Shown: positions 25,406 through 35,080 of the stretch, in pieces
Numbering within the stretch: the stretch's first letter is position 1
Layout of the letters: every line of letters starts with the position of its first letter
From: Chloroflexota bacterium
GTDB taxonomy: Bacteria > Chloroflexota > Limnocylindria > P2-11E
Direction: 5' to 3'
DNA length: 64,000 nt
Assembly (NCBI GenBank): GCA_027310565.1
Contig: DAIDAP010000014.1
Location: forward strand, 3,727 to 67,726
The notes under the pieces: model-generated
Told to the model about the DNA's origin: nothing
The model's input: the letters and a program-made list of their open reading frames with translations, nothing else
Databases searched by the model: none
Position numbers and translations under genes: made by a program

Positions 25406-26488
25406 TCAGTCGTCGTCGTCCGGCACCTTCGAGAGGCCCCGCTCCGGCGGGGCCTCTCGCTGTCGCTCGCGGACGCCGCGGATGAGGCCGAAGCAGCCGC
25501 TCAGCATCATCGCGCCGTGCGGCGCGGCGAAGTACCAGCCGAGCGGCCTCGCCAGCGCACGGTTCGGCCCGGTGACGGCGACGAAGGAGAACGGCTCCAG
25601 CTCGCGGTAGCCCCGCAGCACGAACGCGCCGTGGCCGTCGTCGCCGAAGACCTCGTCGTGGGTGATCTCGCCGGCGACGAGGCGGCCGACGAGGCGCTCG
25701 AGCTTCTCCGTGGTCATCGCCTCGGTGTGGTGCTCCATGACGCCGAACAGCTCCTCGCCTCGCACCAGCAGCGCGAGCGTGTGCTGGTTGCCGGCGTTCA
25801 CGACGCAGGCCCCGCGCTCGGCGGCCGCCGCGACCCGCTCGTCCTCGAGCGCGCCGAGCACCGCGACGGGGCCGGTGTCGGCGACGATCGCGCCGGGCGC
25901 GTCCTGCTGGATCGCGAGCAGGCGCGTCATGTAGCCCGGCGGGGTGCGCCAGATGTGGTCGAGGAGCGTCGAGCCGGGTCGCAGGAAGCGGCGCCAGTGC
26001 TCGAAGCGGAAGAGGCGGTTCGACGACGTCGGCGAGAAGCCGTGGTCCTGCGCCGCCACGGCGACGGTCGGCGGGAGCGCCACCTCGTACGCGCCGAGCG
26101 CCCGCGCGAGCAGGCCGAGGTCGAGGTCGCGCGTCTCGATCGCGACGGCGTCGGGCGGCGCGGCGTCGACGATGCGCACGCCGCGCGCGCGGAGCAGCTC
26201 GATGCTGTCGTGGACCGTGAGCGCGGCGCGCTCCGTCGCGTAGACGGCCAGGCCCACCTCGAGGTGGCGCCAGACCGCGTTCGTCGTGTGGTAGCCGCCC
26301 ATGAGGTTGCCGTGGAGGAAGATCGCCCTGCCGGCGCGGCGGGCGCGCTCGATGCGGCGTCCGACGAGCGCGGTCGCCGAGGGGAGGACGAGCTGGACCG
26401 CGTTCTCCATCGGCTGCGCCGGATCGTGGAGGACCACGTCCATCGTGCCCGCCCCGATGTCGATCGCGAGGATGCGCTCGTCGGGCAT
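25406..26488 (-). CDS. DUF1786-like hypothetical protein (possible ASKHA-fold)
   Basis: 360 aa beginning MPDERILAIDIGAGTMDVVLHD, an ASKHA/sugar-kinase-like phosphate-1 motif. Convergent with the permease, and the stop codons abut. Confidence 0.5.
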   Translation of the reverse strand: MPDERILAIDIGAGTMDVVLHDPAQPMENAVQLVLPSATALVGRRIERARRAGRAIFLHGNLMGGYHTTNAVWRHLEVGLAVYATERAALTVHDSIELLRARGVRIVDAAPPDAVAIETRDLDLGLLARALGAYEVALPPTVAVAAQDHGFSPTSSNRLFRFEHWRRFLRPGSTLLDHIWRTPPGYMTRLLAIQQDAPGAIVADTGPVAVLGALEDERVAAAAERGACVVNAGNQHTLALLVRGEELFGVMEHHTEAMTTEKLERLVGRLVAGEITHDEVFGDDGHGAFVLRGYRELEPFSFVAVTGPNRALARPLGWYFAAPHGAMMLSGCFGLIRGVRERQREAPPERGLSKVPDDDD

Positions 26489-26543
26489 GACGCGATGCTA
26501 GCGACGATGCCGAGCGGGTAGACTGAGTCGTGGCCGTGACCTC

Positions 26544-26635
26544 GGGGAGGTCGCATAGAGGCCTAGTGCGCGGGTTTGCTAAACCCGTAAGGATGCCGTA
26601 AGGCGCCTTCGAGGGTTCGAATCCCTCCCTCCCCG
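26544..26635 (+). tRNA. tRNA-Ser (anticodon GCT)
   Basis: GGGGAGG acceptor pairs with CCTCCCC. Anticodon stem CGGGT/ACCCG encloses loop TTGCTAA, giving anticodon GCT. Long variable arm, T-arm GAGGG-TTCGAAT-CCCTC, discriminator G. Confidence 0.85.
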
Positions 26636-26698
26636 CCGTGTGAGCGCAACCCGCTTCTCCGGCCGGTATCCGGGCTGTGCGAGCCCGTCGTTCCCTCG

Positions 26699-27883
<1,185 letters not shown>

Positions 27884-27911
27884 CGCCGCGATTCTGCGCT
27901 ACCGTCGCGCC

Positions 27912-28421
27912 ATGCCGCTGCCGATCGAGACCGAGCGACTGCTGCTCCGATCGTTCCGGCTCGCGGACGCGCCGGCGCTGCACGAGCGCGTGCTGGGCGA
28001 CTCGGAGGTCATGCGCTTCATCCCGCGCGGCGCCGCGCCCACCGTCGAGCGCACCCGCGCCGCGATCGAGGGCTACATCGCGCACGAGCGCGCGCACGGG
28101 TACTCGCTGTGGGCCGTCGAGCTGCGCGAAAGCGGCAAGCTCATCGGCGACTGCGGGCTGTATCTGGTCGAGGGCACCGGGCCCGAAGTCGAGGTCGCCT
28201 ACCACCTCGGCCGGCCGTGGTGGGGCCATGGCTACGCGACGGAGGCGGCGCGGGCGGCGCTCGACTTCGGGTTCCGCGAGGCCGGGCTCGGCGAGATCGT
28301 CGCGCTCTGCTTCCCCGAGCACGGCGCGTCGCGCCGCGTCATGGAGAAGGCCGGCATGCGCTACGCCGGCACGGCGCGCCACTACGACCTCGACCTCGTG
28401 AAGTACACGAGGCGCGCATGA
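27912..28421 (+). CDS. GNAT family N-acetyltransferase (RimJ/RimL-like)
   Basis: 169 aa. LIGDCGLYL...VEVAYHLGRPWWGHGYATEAARAALDFGF is the acetyl-CoA-binding motif A region. Confidence 0.75.
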   Translation: MPLPIETERLLLRSFRLADAPALHERVLGDSEVMRFIPRGAAPTVERTRAAIEGYIAHERAHGYSLWAVELRESGKLIGDCGLYLVEGTGPEVEVAYHLGRPWWGHGYATEAARAALDFGFREAGLGEIVALCFPEHGASRRVMEKAGMRYAGTARHYDLDLVKYTRRA

Positions 28422-28984
28422 CGCGTCCGCCGCTCGTCACGATCATCGGCAAGAGCGCGCGGGATCCGGACGATCCCGTGCCGCCGCGCGCGCTCGCCGC
28501 CGCCGAGGAGGTGGGCCGGCTGCTGGCCGAGCGCGGCGCCGTCGTGGTCAGCGGTGGCCTCTCCGGCGTGATGGAGGCGGTGAGCCGCGGCGCGAAGTCC
28601 GCGGGCGGCCTGGTCATCGGCATCCTCCCCGGCTTCGACAAGCGCGACGCGAACGAGCACGTCGACATCGCGATCACGACCGGGATGGGCTGGATGCGCA
28701 ATACCCTCACCGTGCGCGCCGCCGACGCGGTGATCATGATCTCGGGAGGGATCGGCACGTTGAACGAGCTCACCGTGGCGTACGAGGACAAGCCGACCGT
28801 GATCCTCGAGGGGACCGGCGGCTGGAGCGACCGCATCCGCGCGCTCGCGTACGACGGCCGGCACCTGGACGAGGCGCGCCGGGCGACGCTGCACTTCGCG
28901 TCCACGCCCGCCGGGGCGGTCGATCTCGCGCTGCGGCTCGCGCGGAGCGCCGGCGCCGCCGGCGGGGAGGAGGAGCTGCGCTGA
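28418..28984 (+). CDS. TIGR00725 / LOG-like Rossmann-fold nucleotide-binding protein
   Basis: Start ATG at 28418 overlaps the GNAT stop (ATGA). The product reads VTIIGKSARD...VVVSGGLSGVMEAVSRGAKSAGGLVIGILP...ITTGMGWMRNTLTVRAADAVIMISGGIGTLNEL (LOG/SLOG fold). The upstream 26879-28417 part of the track ORF is antisense to the DUF1015 gene and I reject it. Confidence 0.6.
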   Translation: MTRPPLVTIIGKSARDPDDPVPPRALAAAEEVGRLLAERGAVVVSGGLSGVMEAVSRGAKSAGGLVIGILPGFDKRDANEHVDIAITTGMGWMRNTLTVRAADAVIMISGGIGTLNELTVAYEDKPTVILEGTGGWSDRIRALAYDGRHLDEARRATLHFASTPAGAVDLALRLARSAGAAGGEEELR

Positions 28985-29472
28985 TGGGCGAGGGTTGCTT
29001 CTTCGAGGATTTCCGCGTCGGCGACGTCTACCGCTCGCGCAACGGGCGCACCATCAGCGAGGCGGACAACACCTGGCTCTCGCTGGTGACCAACAACACG
29101 AACCAGATCCACTTCAACGCGCACTACGCCGCGCACACCGAGTTCAAGCGGCCGCTCGTGGACAGCACGATCACGATCGCGATCGTCGTCGGTCTCGCGG
29201 TGGAGGACACCAGCGCGAACGGCTTCGCGCTGGGGTGGGAGGAGATCCGGCTCCCGCATCCGCTCTTCGCGGGCGACACCCTCTACGCGGAGAGCGAGGT
29301 GCTCGAGGCGCGCGCCTCGCGGTCGCGGCCGGGGTGGGGCATCGTGAAGGTCCGCCAGCGCGGCATCACCCAGGACGGGACGGTCGTGATCGTGATGACG
29401 CGCAGCTTCATGGTGCCGACGCGCGAGACCGGCGCGCGCCGGGCGCCGTTCCCCGAGCCGCGCGCGGAGTGA
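28984..29472 (+). CDS. MaoC-like (R)-specific enoyl-CoA hydratase, hotdog fold
   Basis: 162 aa with the MaoC dehydratase motif region (NTNQIHFNAHYAAHTEFKRPLVDSTITIAIVVGL...GW). Confidence 0.7.
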   Translation: MGEGCFFEDFRVGDVYRSRNGRTISEADNTWLSLVTNNTNQIHFNAHYAAHTEFKRPLVDSTITIAIVVGLAVEDTSANGFALGWEEIRLPHPLFAGDTLYAESEVLEARASRSRPGWGIVKVRQRGITQDGTVVIVMTRSFMVPTRETGARRAPFPEPRAE

Positions 29473-30641
29473 GCGTGGACTTCGGCGAGAGCGCGGAGCG
29501 CCGCGACATCCGTATGGCCGTGCGCCGGCTCTGCGAGCGCTTCTCCGCCGCGTACTGGCGCGACCTCGACGCGAAGGGGGCGTACCCGGACGAGCTCGTG
29601 CGCGCGCTCACCGACGCGGGCTGGCTCGCCGCGCTCATCCCGCGGCGGTACGGCGGCGCCGAGCTCGGCGTCGGCGACGCGGCGGCGATCCTCGAGGAGA
29701 TCAACGCGTCGGGCGGCAACGCGGCCGTCGCGCACGCGCAGATGTACACGATGGGCACGCTGCTGCGGCACGGCTCAGACGCGCAGAAGGAGCGCTACCT
29801 CCCGGCCCTCGCGCGGGGCGAGCTGCGGCTCCAGGCGTTCGGGGTGACCGAGCCCGACGCGGGCTCCGAGACGACGCGGCTGCGCACCGCCGCCGTGCGC
29901 CGCGGCGACCGCTACGTCGTGAACGGGCAGAAGGTGTTCATCTCGCGAGCGCAGCACTCCGACCTGATGCTCCTGCTCGCGCGGACGACGCCGTACGACG
30001 AGCTCGCCGACAAGACCGAGGGGCTCTCGGTCTTCGTCGTGGACCTGCGCGCCGCCCTCGCCGCCGGGCAGATCGAGATCCGCCCGCTGCCGACGATGAT
30101 GAACCACCACTCGACGACGATCTTCATGCGCGACCTCGAGGTGCCGGCGGCCGACCGGATCGGCGACGAGGGAAGAGGCTTCCGCTACATCCTCGACTCG
30201 TGGAACGCCGAGCGCATCCTCATCGCGTCCGAGTCGCTCGGGGACGGGCGGTGGTTCACCGAGCGCGCGGCACGCTACGCGACGGAGCGGGTGGTGTTCG
30301 GGAGGCCCATCGGCGCGAACCAGGGCGTGCAGTTCCCGATCGCGCAGGCGCACGCGCAGCTCCAGGCCGCGCGGCTGCTGCGCGACCGGGCGGCATGGCT
30401 CTTCGACCGCCGCGAGCGGTGCGGCGCCGAGGCGAACATGGCCAAGCTCCTGGCGTCGCAGGCGGCCTGGGCCGCCGCGAACGCCTGTCTCGACACGCAC
30501 GGCGGCTACGGCTTCGCCACGGAGTACGACGTCGAGCGCAAGTTCCGCGAGACGCGGCTCCTGCTCGTCGCCCCGATCTCGAACAACCTCGTGCTCGCGT
30601 ACGTCGGCCAGCACGTCCTCGGCATGCCGCGGAGCTACTGA
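29469..30641 (+). CDS. acyl-CoA dehydrogenase
   Basis: About 390 aa with the ACAD N, middle and C domains (FGVTEPDAGSETTRLRT...YVVNGQKVFIS; ...YDVERKFRETRLLLVAPISNNL). GTG start overlaps the MaoC stop. Confidence 0.8.
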   Translation: MSVDFGESAERRDIRMAVRRLCERFSAAYWRDLDAKGAYPDELVRALTDAGWLAALIPRRYGGAELGVGDAAAILEEINASGGNAAVAHAQMYTMGTLLRHGSDAQKERYLPALARGELRLQAFGVTEPDAGSETTRLRTAAVRRGDRYVVNGQKVFISRAQHSDLMLLLARTTPYDELADKTEGLSVFVVDLRAALAAGQIEIRPLPTMMNHHSTTIFMRDLEVPAADRIGDEGRGFRYILDSWNAERILIASESLGDGRWFTERAARYATERVVFGRPIGANQGVQFPIAQAHAQLQAARLLRDRAAWLFDRRERCGAEANMAKLLASQAAWAAANACLDTHGGYGFATEYDVERKFRETRLLLVAPISNNLVLAYVGQHVLGMPRSY

Positions 30642-31490
30642 GTGGAGCTGCTCGCGCGTTCGCTGCTCTTCGTGCCGGGCCACCGCGCGCGCATGATCGA
30701 GAAGGCGCTCGCCATGCGCGAGCTCGACGTGGCGATCCTCGACCTGGAGGACGGCGTGCCGCCGGGCGAGAAGGACGCCGCGCGCCGTCTCGTCGCGGAG
30801 GCGCTCGGCCGGCCGTCCGCGCCCGGGCGGTTCGTGCGGACGCATCGCGCGCTGAGCGACGCGTTCGTGGCCGACGTCGAGGCCGTCCGGCCGGGCGCCG
30901 CCGCGCTCGTCCTGCCCAAGGTCGAGCGGGCCGAGGAGGTGATCCTCGCCGCGGACCTGCTCGCCGAGCGCGGCCTCGCCGAGGTCGCGCTCGTCCCCTC
31001 GATCGAGAACGCGCGCGGCCTGCTGCGCGCGGCGGAGATCGCCGCCGCGTCGCCGCGCGTCGCGGGGCTGATGTTCGGCGGCGAGGACTACGCGAGCGGC
31101 CTCGGTCTGCCGGACGAGCGTGCCGACGAGGCGCTCCTCCACGCCCGATCCGCGGTCGTCGTCGCGGCCGCGGCGTCGGGTCTCGACGCTTTCGACAGCG
31201 TGTGGACCGACATCGCCGACCTGGACGGCCTCGCCGCGCACAGCGCGCAGGCCAGGCGCCTCGGGTTCGCGGGCAAGACCTGCATCCACCCGTCGCACGT
31301 CGCGGTCATCGACGCGGCGTTCACCCCCGCGTCGGCCGAGGCCGAGCGGGCGCGGCGTCTCGTCGCCGCGTTCGACGAGGGCGTGCGCGGCGGCGTCGGG
31401 GCGATCTCGTTCGAGGGCCGCATGGTCGACCGGCCGGTCGTCGAGCGCGCGAGGAGGACGCTGCGGCTCTGGGACCGAGCGCGACGCTAG
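30642..31490 (+). CDS. HpcH/HpaI aldolase / citrate-lyase β-subunit-like (CitE-like, malyl-CoA/citramalyl-CoA lyase family)
   Basis: SLLFVPGHRARMIEKA...DLEDGVPP...GGEDYASGLGL are the CitE-family signatures. Confidence 0.8.
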   Translation: MELLARSLLFVPGHRARMIEKALAMRELDVAILDLEDGVPPGEKDAARRLVAEALGRPSAPGRFVRTHRALSDAFVADVEAVRPGAAALVLPKVERAEEVILAADLLAERGLAEVALVPSIENARGLLRAAEIAAASPRVAGLMFGGEDYASGLGLPDERADEALLHARSAVVVAAAASGLDAFDSVWTDIADLDGLAAHSAQARRLGFAGKTCIHPSHVAVIDAAFTPASAEAERARRLVAAFDEGVRGGVGAISFEGRMVDRPVVERARRTLRLWDRARR

Positions 31491-32785
31491 ATCGGCGGCC
31501 GCCCGATCCCGGGCAGGCGCGCCTCCGCCCATACCGCGGCGGCGAGGAGCCGCTCGTCGTCGCCGGGGGCGGCGACGAGCTGGAGCCCGAGCGGCAGACC
31601 GTGCGCGCCGAGGCCCGTCGGGATCGTGATCGCCGGCGCGCCGGTGAGCGACCAGCGGCTGCAGAAGCGCGGATCGCCGGTCGTCTCCGGCCCCGGCGCC
31701 TCGCCCGTGGCCGGCGGCGTGAGGATCGCGTCGTACGGCGCCGCCCATGCGGCGAACGCGGCGATGAGCCGGTCGCGCGCGCGGACCGCGCCGGCGTACT
31801 CCGCGTCGCCGATGGCCGCGCCCTCGGCGAGGCGCTCGCGCGCGAGCGGGCTCACGGCGTCGGCGTGGGCGCCGATCGCGGGGAGGACCGCACGCGCGGC
31901 CTCGTGGAGCATGATCACGCGCACGATCTCGACCGCCTCGTCGAGCCCCGACGGCGGATCGGGCCAGGCGACCGGCCCCCCCGCGGCGGCGAGCGCGTCG
32001 ACGTCCGCCTGGAAGCGCTCGCGCATGTCCTCCGACGCGTGCGTCCACTCGCCGGTGCGCAGCGCCGCGAACGACGGCGCGCGGCCGCTCGCCCGCGGCG
32101 TGCGCTCAGGGTCGCCGGCGAGGATCGCCGCGACGAGCCCGGCGCCGGCGACGCTCGACGCGAGCACGCCGACGTGGTCGAGCGTGCGCGAGAACTCGAA
32201 GGCGCCGCGCGTGGAGATCCGCCCGACGGTCGGCTTGAAGCCGACGACGCCGCAGAACGCGGCGGGCCGGATGACCGATCCGTTCGTCTGCGAGCCGACC
32301 GCCGCGCCGACGACGCCCGCCGCGACGGCGGCCGCCGAGCCCATCGACGAGCCGCCCGGCGTGCGCGCGGTGTCCCACGGATTGCGCGTCGGCCCCGGCT
32401 GCAGGTACGCGAGCTCGGCGGTGACGGTCTTCCCGATCATGACCGCCCCGGCGGACTCGAGCGCGCGCACGGCGTCGGCGTCGCGGTCGGGGACGCGTCC
32501 CGCGAACGCCGCGCACCCGTGCTCGGTGGGGATGCCCGCGGTGTCGAAGATGTCCTTCACCGCGACCGGGATGCCCTCGAGCCGCCCGACCGGCTGGCCC
32601 GCGGCGCGCCGCGCGTCGGATGCCGCGGCGAGACGCCGGGCGCGCTCGGGGTCGAGCCAGGCGAACGCGTGGAGACGGGGCTCGGTCTCGTCGTACCGCG
32701 CGAGCGCGCGCTCGACGAGCGCGGCGCTGGTCAGCTCGCCGCGCGCGAGCGCGTCCGTGGTCGTGACGAGGTCGGCCGCCGGCAT
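31487..32785 (-). CDS. amidase (amidase-signature family)
   Basis: Start at MPAADLVTTTDAL (ATG revcomp at 32783-32785). AS signature GGSSMGSAAAVAAGVVGAAVGSQTNGSVIRPAAFCGVVGFKPTVGRISTRG with the Ser-cisSer-Lys triad context. The track ORF extends 177 aa upstream in Arg-rich sequence, which I reject. Confidence 0.8.
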   Translation of the reverse strand: MPAADLVTTTDALARGELTSAALVERALARYDETEPRLHAFAWLDPERARRLAAASDARRAAGQPVGRLEGIPVAVKDIFDTAGIPTEHGCAAFAGRVPDRDADAVRALESAGAVMIGKTVTAELAYLQPGPTRNPWDTARTPGGSSMGSAAAVAAGVVGAAVGSQTNGSVIRPAAFCGVVGFKPTVGRISTRGAFEFSRTLDHVGVLASSVAGAGLVAAILAGDPERTPRASGRAPSFAALRTGEWTHASEDMRERFQADVDALAAAGGPVAWPDPPSGLDEAVEIVRVIMLHEAARAVLPAIGAHADAVSPLARERLAEGAAIGDAEYAGAVRARDRLIAAFAAWAAPYDAILTPPATGEAPGPETTGDPRFCSRWSLTGAPAITIPTGLGAHGLPLGLQLVAAPGDDERLLAAAVWAEARLPGIGRPPI

Positions 32786-33441
32786 TCCGCACGCATAGTG
32801 ACGCGTGGCGCCCATCCGCGTGGCAGGCCCGGGAGGAGGCCGCGGATCCTGCGGTACCCGGCCCGGCGGAACATCGCTTCGGTGCCGAAGAACGCGTAGT
32901 CGTCCTGGAGACGCTTCGCCGCGACGCGCGGGTAGCCCTCGATCGCCGGCGCGCCGTGCGCGCCGGCATAGGCGACCGCGGCGCGCAGGAGCGCGATCGC
33001 AAGACCGCGCCCGCGGTAGCCGCGCCGGACGGTGAGGCACGGGATGACCCACGCCGGCACGTCGTCCACCGGCGGCGTCGCCCTCGAGCTCCTGATCCGC
33101 GCGTAGTCGACGCGTGGTCCGAGCGAGACGAAGGCGGCGGGCTCCCCGGCGACGTAGGCGACGAGCAGCGGCGCGTGCGACCGGCGCCGCGCGAGCCTCG
33201 CGACGATCTCGCGGCGGCGCGCGTCGACGGCCGCCGTCGGCGCCCCGGTGATGCCGAGCTCGCGCTGCTGCGCCGGCGTGAAGCGCGGGAACAGGTCCCA
33301 GCACCGTGACCCCCATGACCCGCGGGTGATGGTCTTCACGTCCTCCGCGCGCGCCGGCGAGAGCGGCCGGATCTCGAGCTCGTCGCGGGCGGCGCGCGGC
33401 ACTAGTGTCGTGACACTAGACCTTCGGCAGCCGCGCACCAC
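32731..33441 (-). CDS. GNAT family acetyltransferase (start and end uncertain)
   Basis: The central region VIPCLTVRRGYRGRGLAIALLRAAVAYAGAHGAPAIEGYP is GNAT motif A. The C-terminal about 40 aa are Arg-rich and overlap the amidase start, which suggests a shorter true product or a frameshift. Confidence 0.45.
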   Translation of the reverse strand: MVRGCRRSSVTTLVPRAARDELEIRPLSPARAEDVKTITRGSWGSRCWDLFPRFTPAQQRELGITGAPTAAVDARRREIVARLARRRSHAPLLVAYVAGEPAAFVSLGPRVDYARIRSSRATPPVDDVPAWVIPCLTVRRGYRGRGLAIALLRAAVAYAGAHGAPAIEGYPRVAAKRLQDDYAFFGTEAMFRRAGYRRIRGLLPGLPRGWAPRVTMRAECRRPTSSRPRTRSRAAS

Positions 33442-33919
33442 CGCCGCGGCGGTAGCTGACGTACAGGAGCACCAGACCGAGCGCGATGAGCGCGACCGGC
33501 CACAGCGCCGCGATCCACGACTGGTACGCGGTGCCCGCGAGCACGAGCTGCCCGCCGACGACCGCGAGGATGCCGCCCGGGATGAGCGGCCACCACTGCG
33601 TCTCGCGCCGCGTGAGCACGTTCGCGACGTAGATGCCGATGAAGCCCAGCGCGAGGCCGACCACCGGCTCGCCGCCGCTCGACGAGACCACCGCGTCCTG
33701 CCAGCCGGTCCCCACGGCGAGGCCCGCGACGATCATCGCCGGGATCATGAACGCGTACCCGCGCGTCGCGGCCCACAGGACGAAGAGGACCGCGGACACC
33801 GACGCGAGGATGATCCAAGCCGAGAGCGTGAAGACCTGGCCGGCGAGCAGGGCCAGACCGATGGCGATGAGGATGGCGCCACCGGCCCACGACGCGGTGG
33901 CGGGACGTGTCTCGCTCAT
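33416..33919 (-). CDS. hypothetical integral membrane protein (4-5 TM)
   Basis: 167 aa, strongly hydrophobic, immediately downstream of the exonuclease gene on the same strand. Confidence 0.4.
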   Translation of the reverse strand: MSETRPATASWAGGAILIAIGLALLAGQVFTLSAWIILASVSAVLFVLWAATRGYAFMIPAMIVAGLAVGTGWQDAVVSSSGGEPVVGLALGFIGIYVANVLTRRETQWWPLIPGGILAVVGGQLVLAGTAYQSWIAALWPVALIALGLVLLYVSYRRGGGARLPKV

Positions 33920-33937
33920 GACGCACCTCCTCCACGC

Positions 33938-35080
33938 TCAGGCTGCGCCGCCGCGCCGGACCTGCCAAGAGGCGTTCGCCGCGGCGGCTGTAGTGCGCGT
34001 ACCGGACGCGCAGAGGCGGCGCACCCTCGCCTCGGCCTGCGCGCGCCAGCGCGCCGACCCGAGCCCGAGCGCGAGGAGCGTCTCGAGCATCCGCACGACC
34101 CGCTCCGCCTGGCCGCGCCGCTCGAGGTGTCGCGCGTACGGGAGCGCGAGCCGGACGCGCAGCGCGTTGTCGCCGTCGCAGTACGCGCTCTCGTAGCAGG
34201 CGAACGCCGCCGCGAGCTCGCCCGTCCGCTCGAAGACGCGCGCCAGCGCGTAGGCCGCCGGCGCGTGGTCCGGCGCGCGGCCGGCGCGCGCCGCGAGGAC
34301 CGCCCGTGCGACGCGGTCGGCGATCCGTACGAGCGATACGACGTCCCGCGCGTTGTGCTCGAGCACCGGCGCGATGATCGCCTCGTCGCCCCGGCGGAGG
34401 TAGTGGAAGTACGCGTCGGGGATGAGCGATCCCGGGATGTCGCTGACGCGCCCGTCGTCGAGCACGCTCTCCTCGAGCTGCCGGAGCGTCGTCGACCCGT
34501 AGCGGTCCTTCCAGAGCCGCCGCGCCGGGTGGAGGAGATCGAGGTGCGACTCGTCCACCGTCAGCTCGCTCCGCAGCGTCATCACGAAGCGCGTCCGGAG
34601 GATCGGCAGGTCGAACGTCTTCCCGTTGTACGAGGCGCATGCGCGGAACGGCGCGAGCTCCCCCTTGAGCGTCTCGACGAACGCGGCCTCGGCGCCGAGG
34701 TCACGGAGGAGGTGCTGCCGGAGCACGAGGTCACCCGGCTCGAAGTGGGCGAGCCCGATGAGGAACACGTACGTCCCCGTGCCGCCCGAAAGGCCGGTCG
34801 TCTCGGTGTCGAGGAAGAGGATGTCGCGCCACTCCCGCGGTGGATCGCCTTTCAGGCCGAGGTGGGCCGCCAGCAGCGGATCGCACGCTCCCCTTCCGAC
34901 GACCTCCAGACCGAGATCGTCGAGCGCGATCCGCCGCTCGCGGCGCTCGAACGCGGGGCCGCTCGGCGCGCCGCGCCGGGGCGGTGCCGGCGGCGTCTCG
35001 CGCTCGCGCGGATGCTCGGTCCCGCGGAGCGCGCGGTCGCGCTCGACGATCGCCGCGATCCGGGCGCGCAGGTCGTTCAT
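33938..35080 (-). CDS. MrfB/YprB-like DEDDh 3'-5' exonuclease with C-terminal TPR-like helical domain
   Basis: Start at MNDLRARIAAIVERD (ATG revcomp ending at 35080) overlaps the helicase stop (ATGA). Exo motif I ILFLDTETTGLSGGTGTYVFLIGLA, then ...YNGKTFDLPIL... and HNARDVVSL (motif III-like). The track ORF 33938..37258 N-terminal part is off-frame relative to the helicase and I reject it. Confidence 0.65.
   Translation of the reverse strand: MNDLRARIAAIVERDRALRGTEHPRERETPPAPPRRGAPSGPAFERRERRIALDDLGLEVVGRGACDPLLAAHLGLKGDPPREWRDILFLDTETTGLSGGTGTYVFLIGLAHFEPGDLVLRQHLLRDLGAEAAFVETLKGELAPFRACASYNGKTFDLPILRTRFVMTLRSELTVDESHLDLLHPARRLWKDRYGSTTLRQLEESVLDDGRVSDIPGSLIPDAYFHYLRRGDEAIIAPVLEHNARDVVSLVRIADRVARAVLAARAGRAPDHAPAAYALARVFERTGELAAAFACYESAYCDGDNALRVRLALPYARHLERRGQAERVVRMLETLLALGLGSARWRAQAEARVRRLCASGTRTTAAAANASWQVRRGGAA

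Noticed and set aside
29775-32899. 757-aa (-) and 899-aa (+) ORFs across the ACAD/CitE/amidase region
   Set aside because: These are Arg/Gly-rich antisense or off-frame artefacts. The real genes in this span have strong family motifs.
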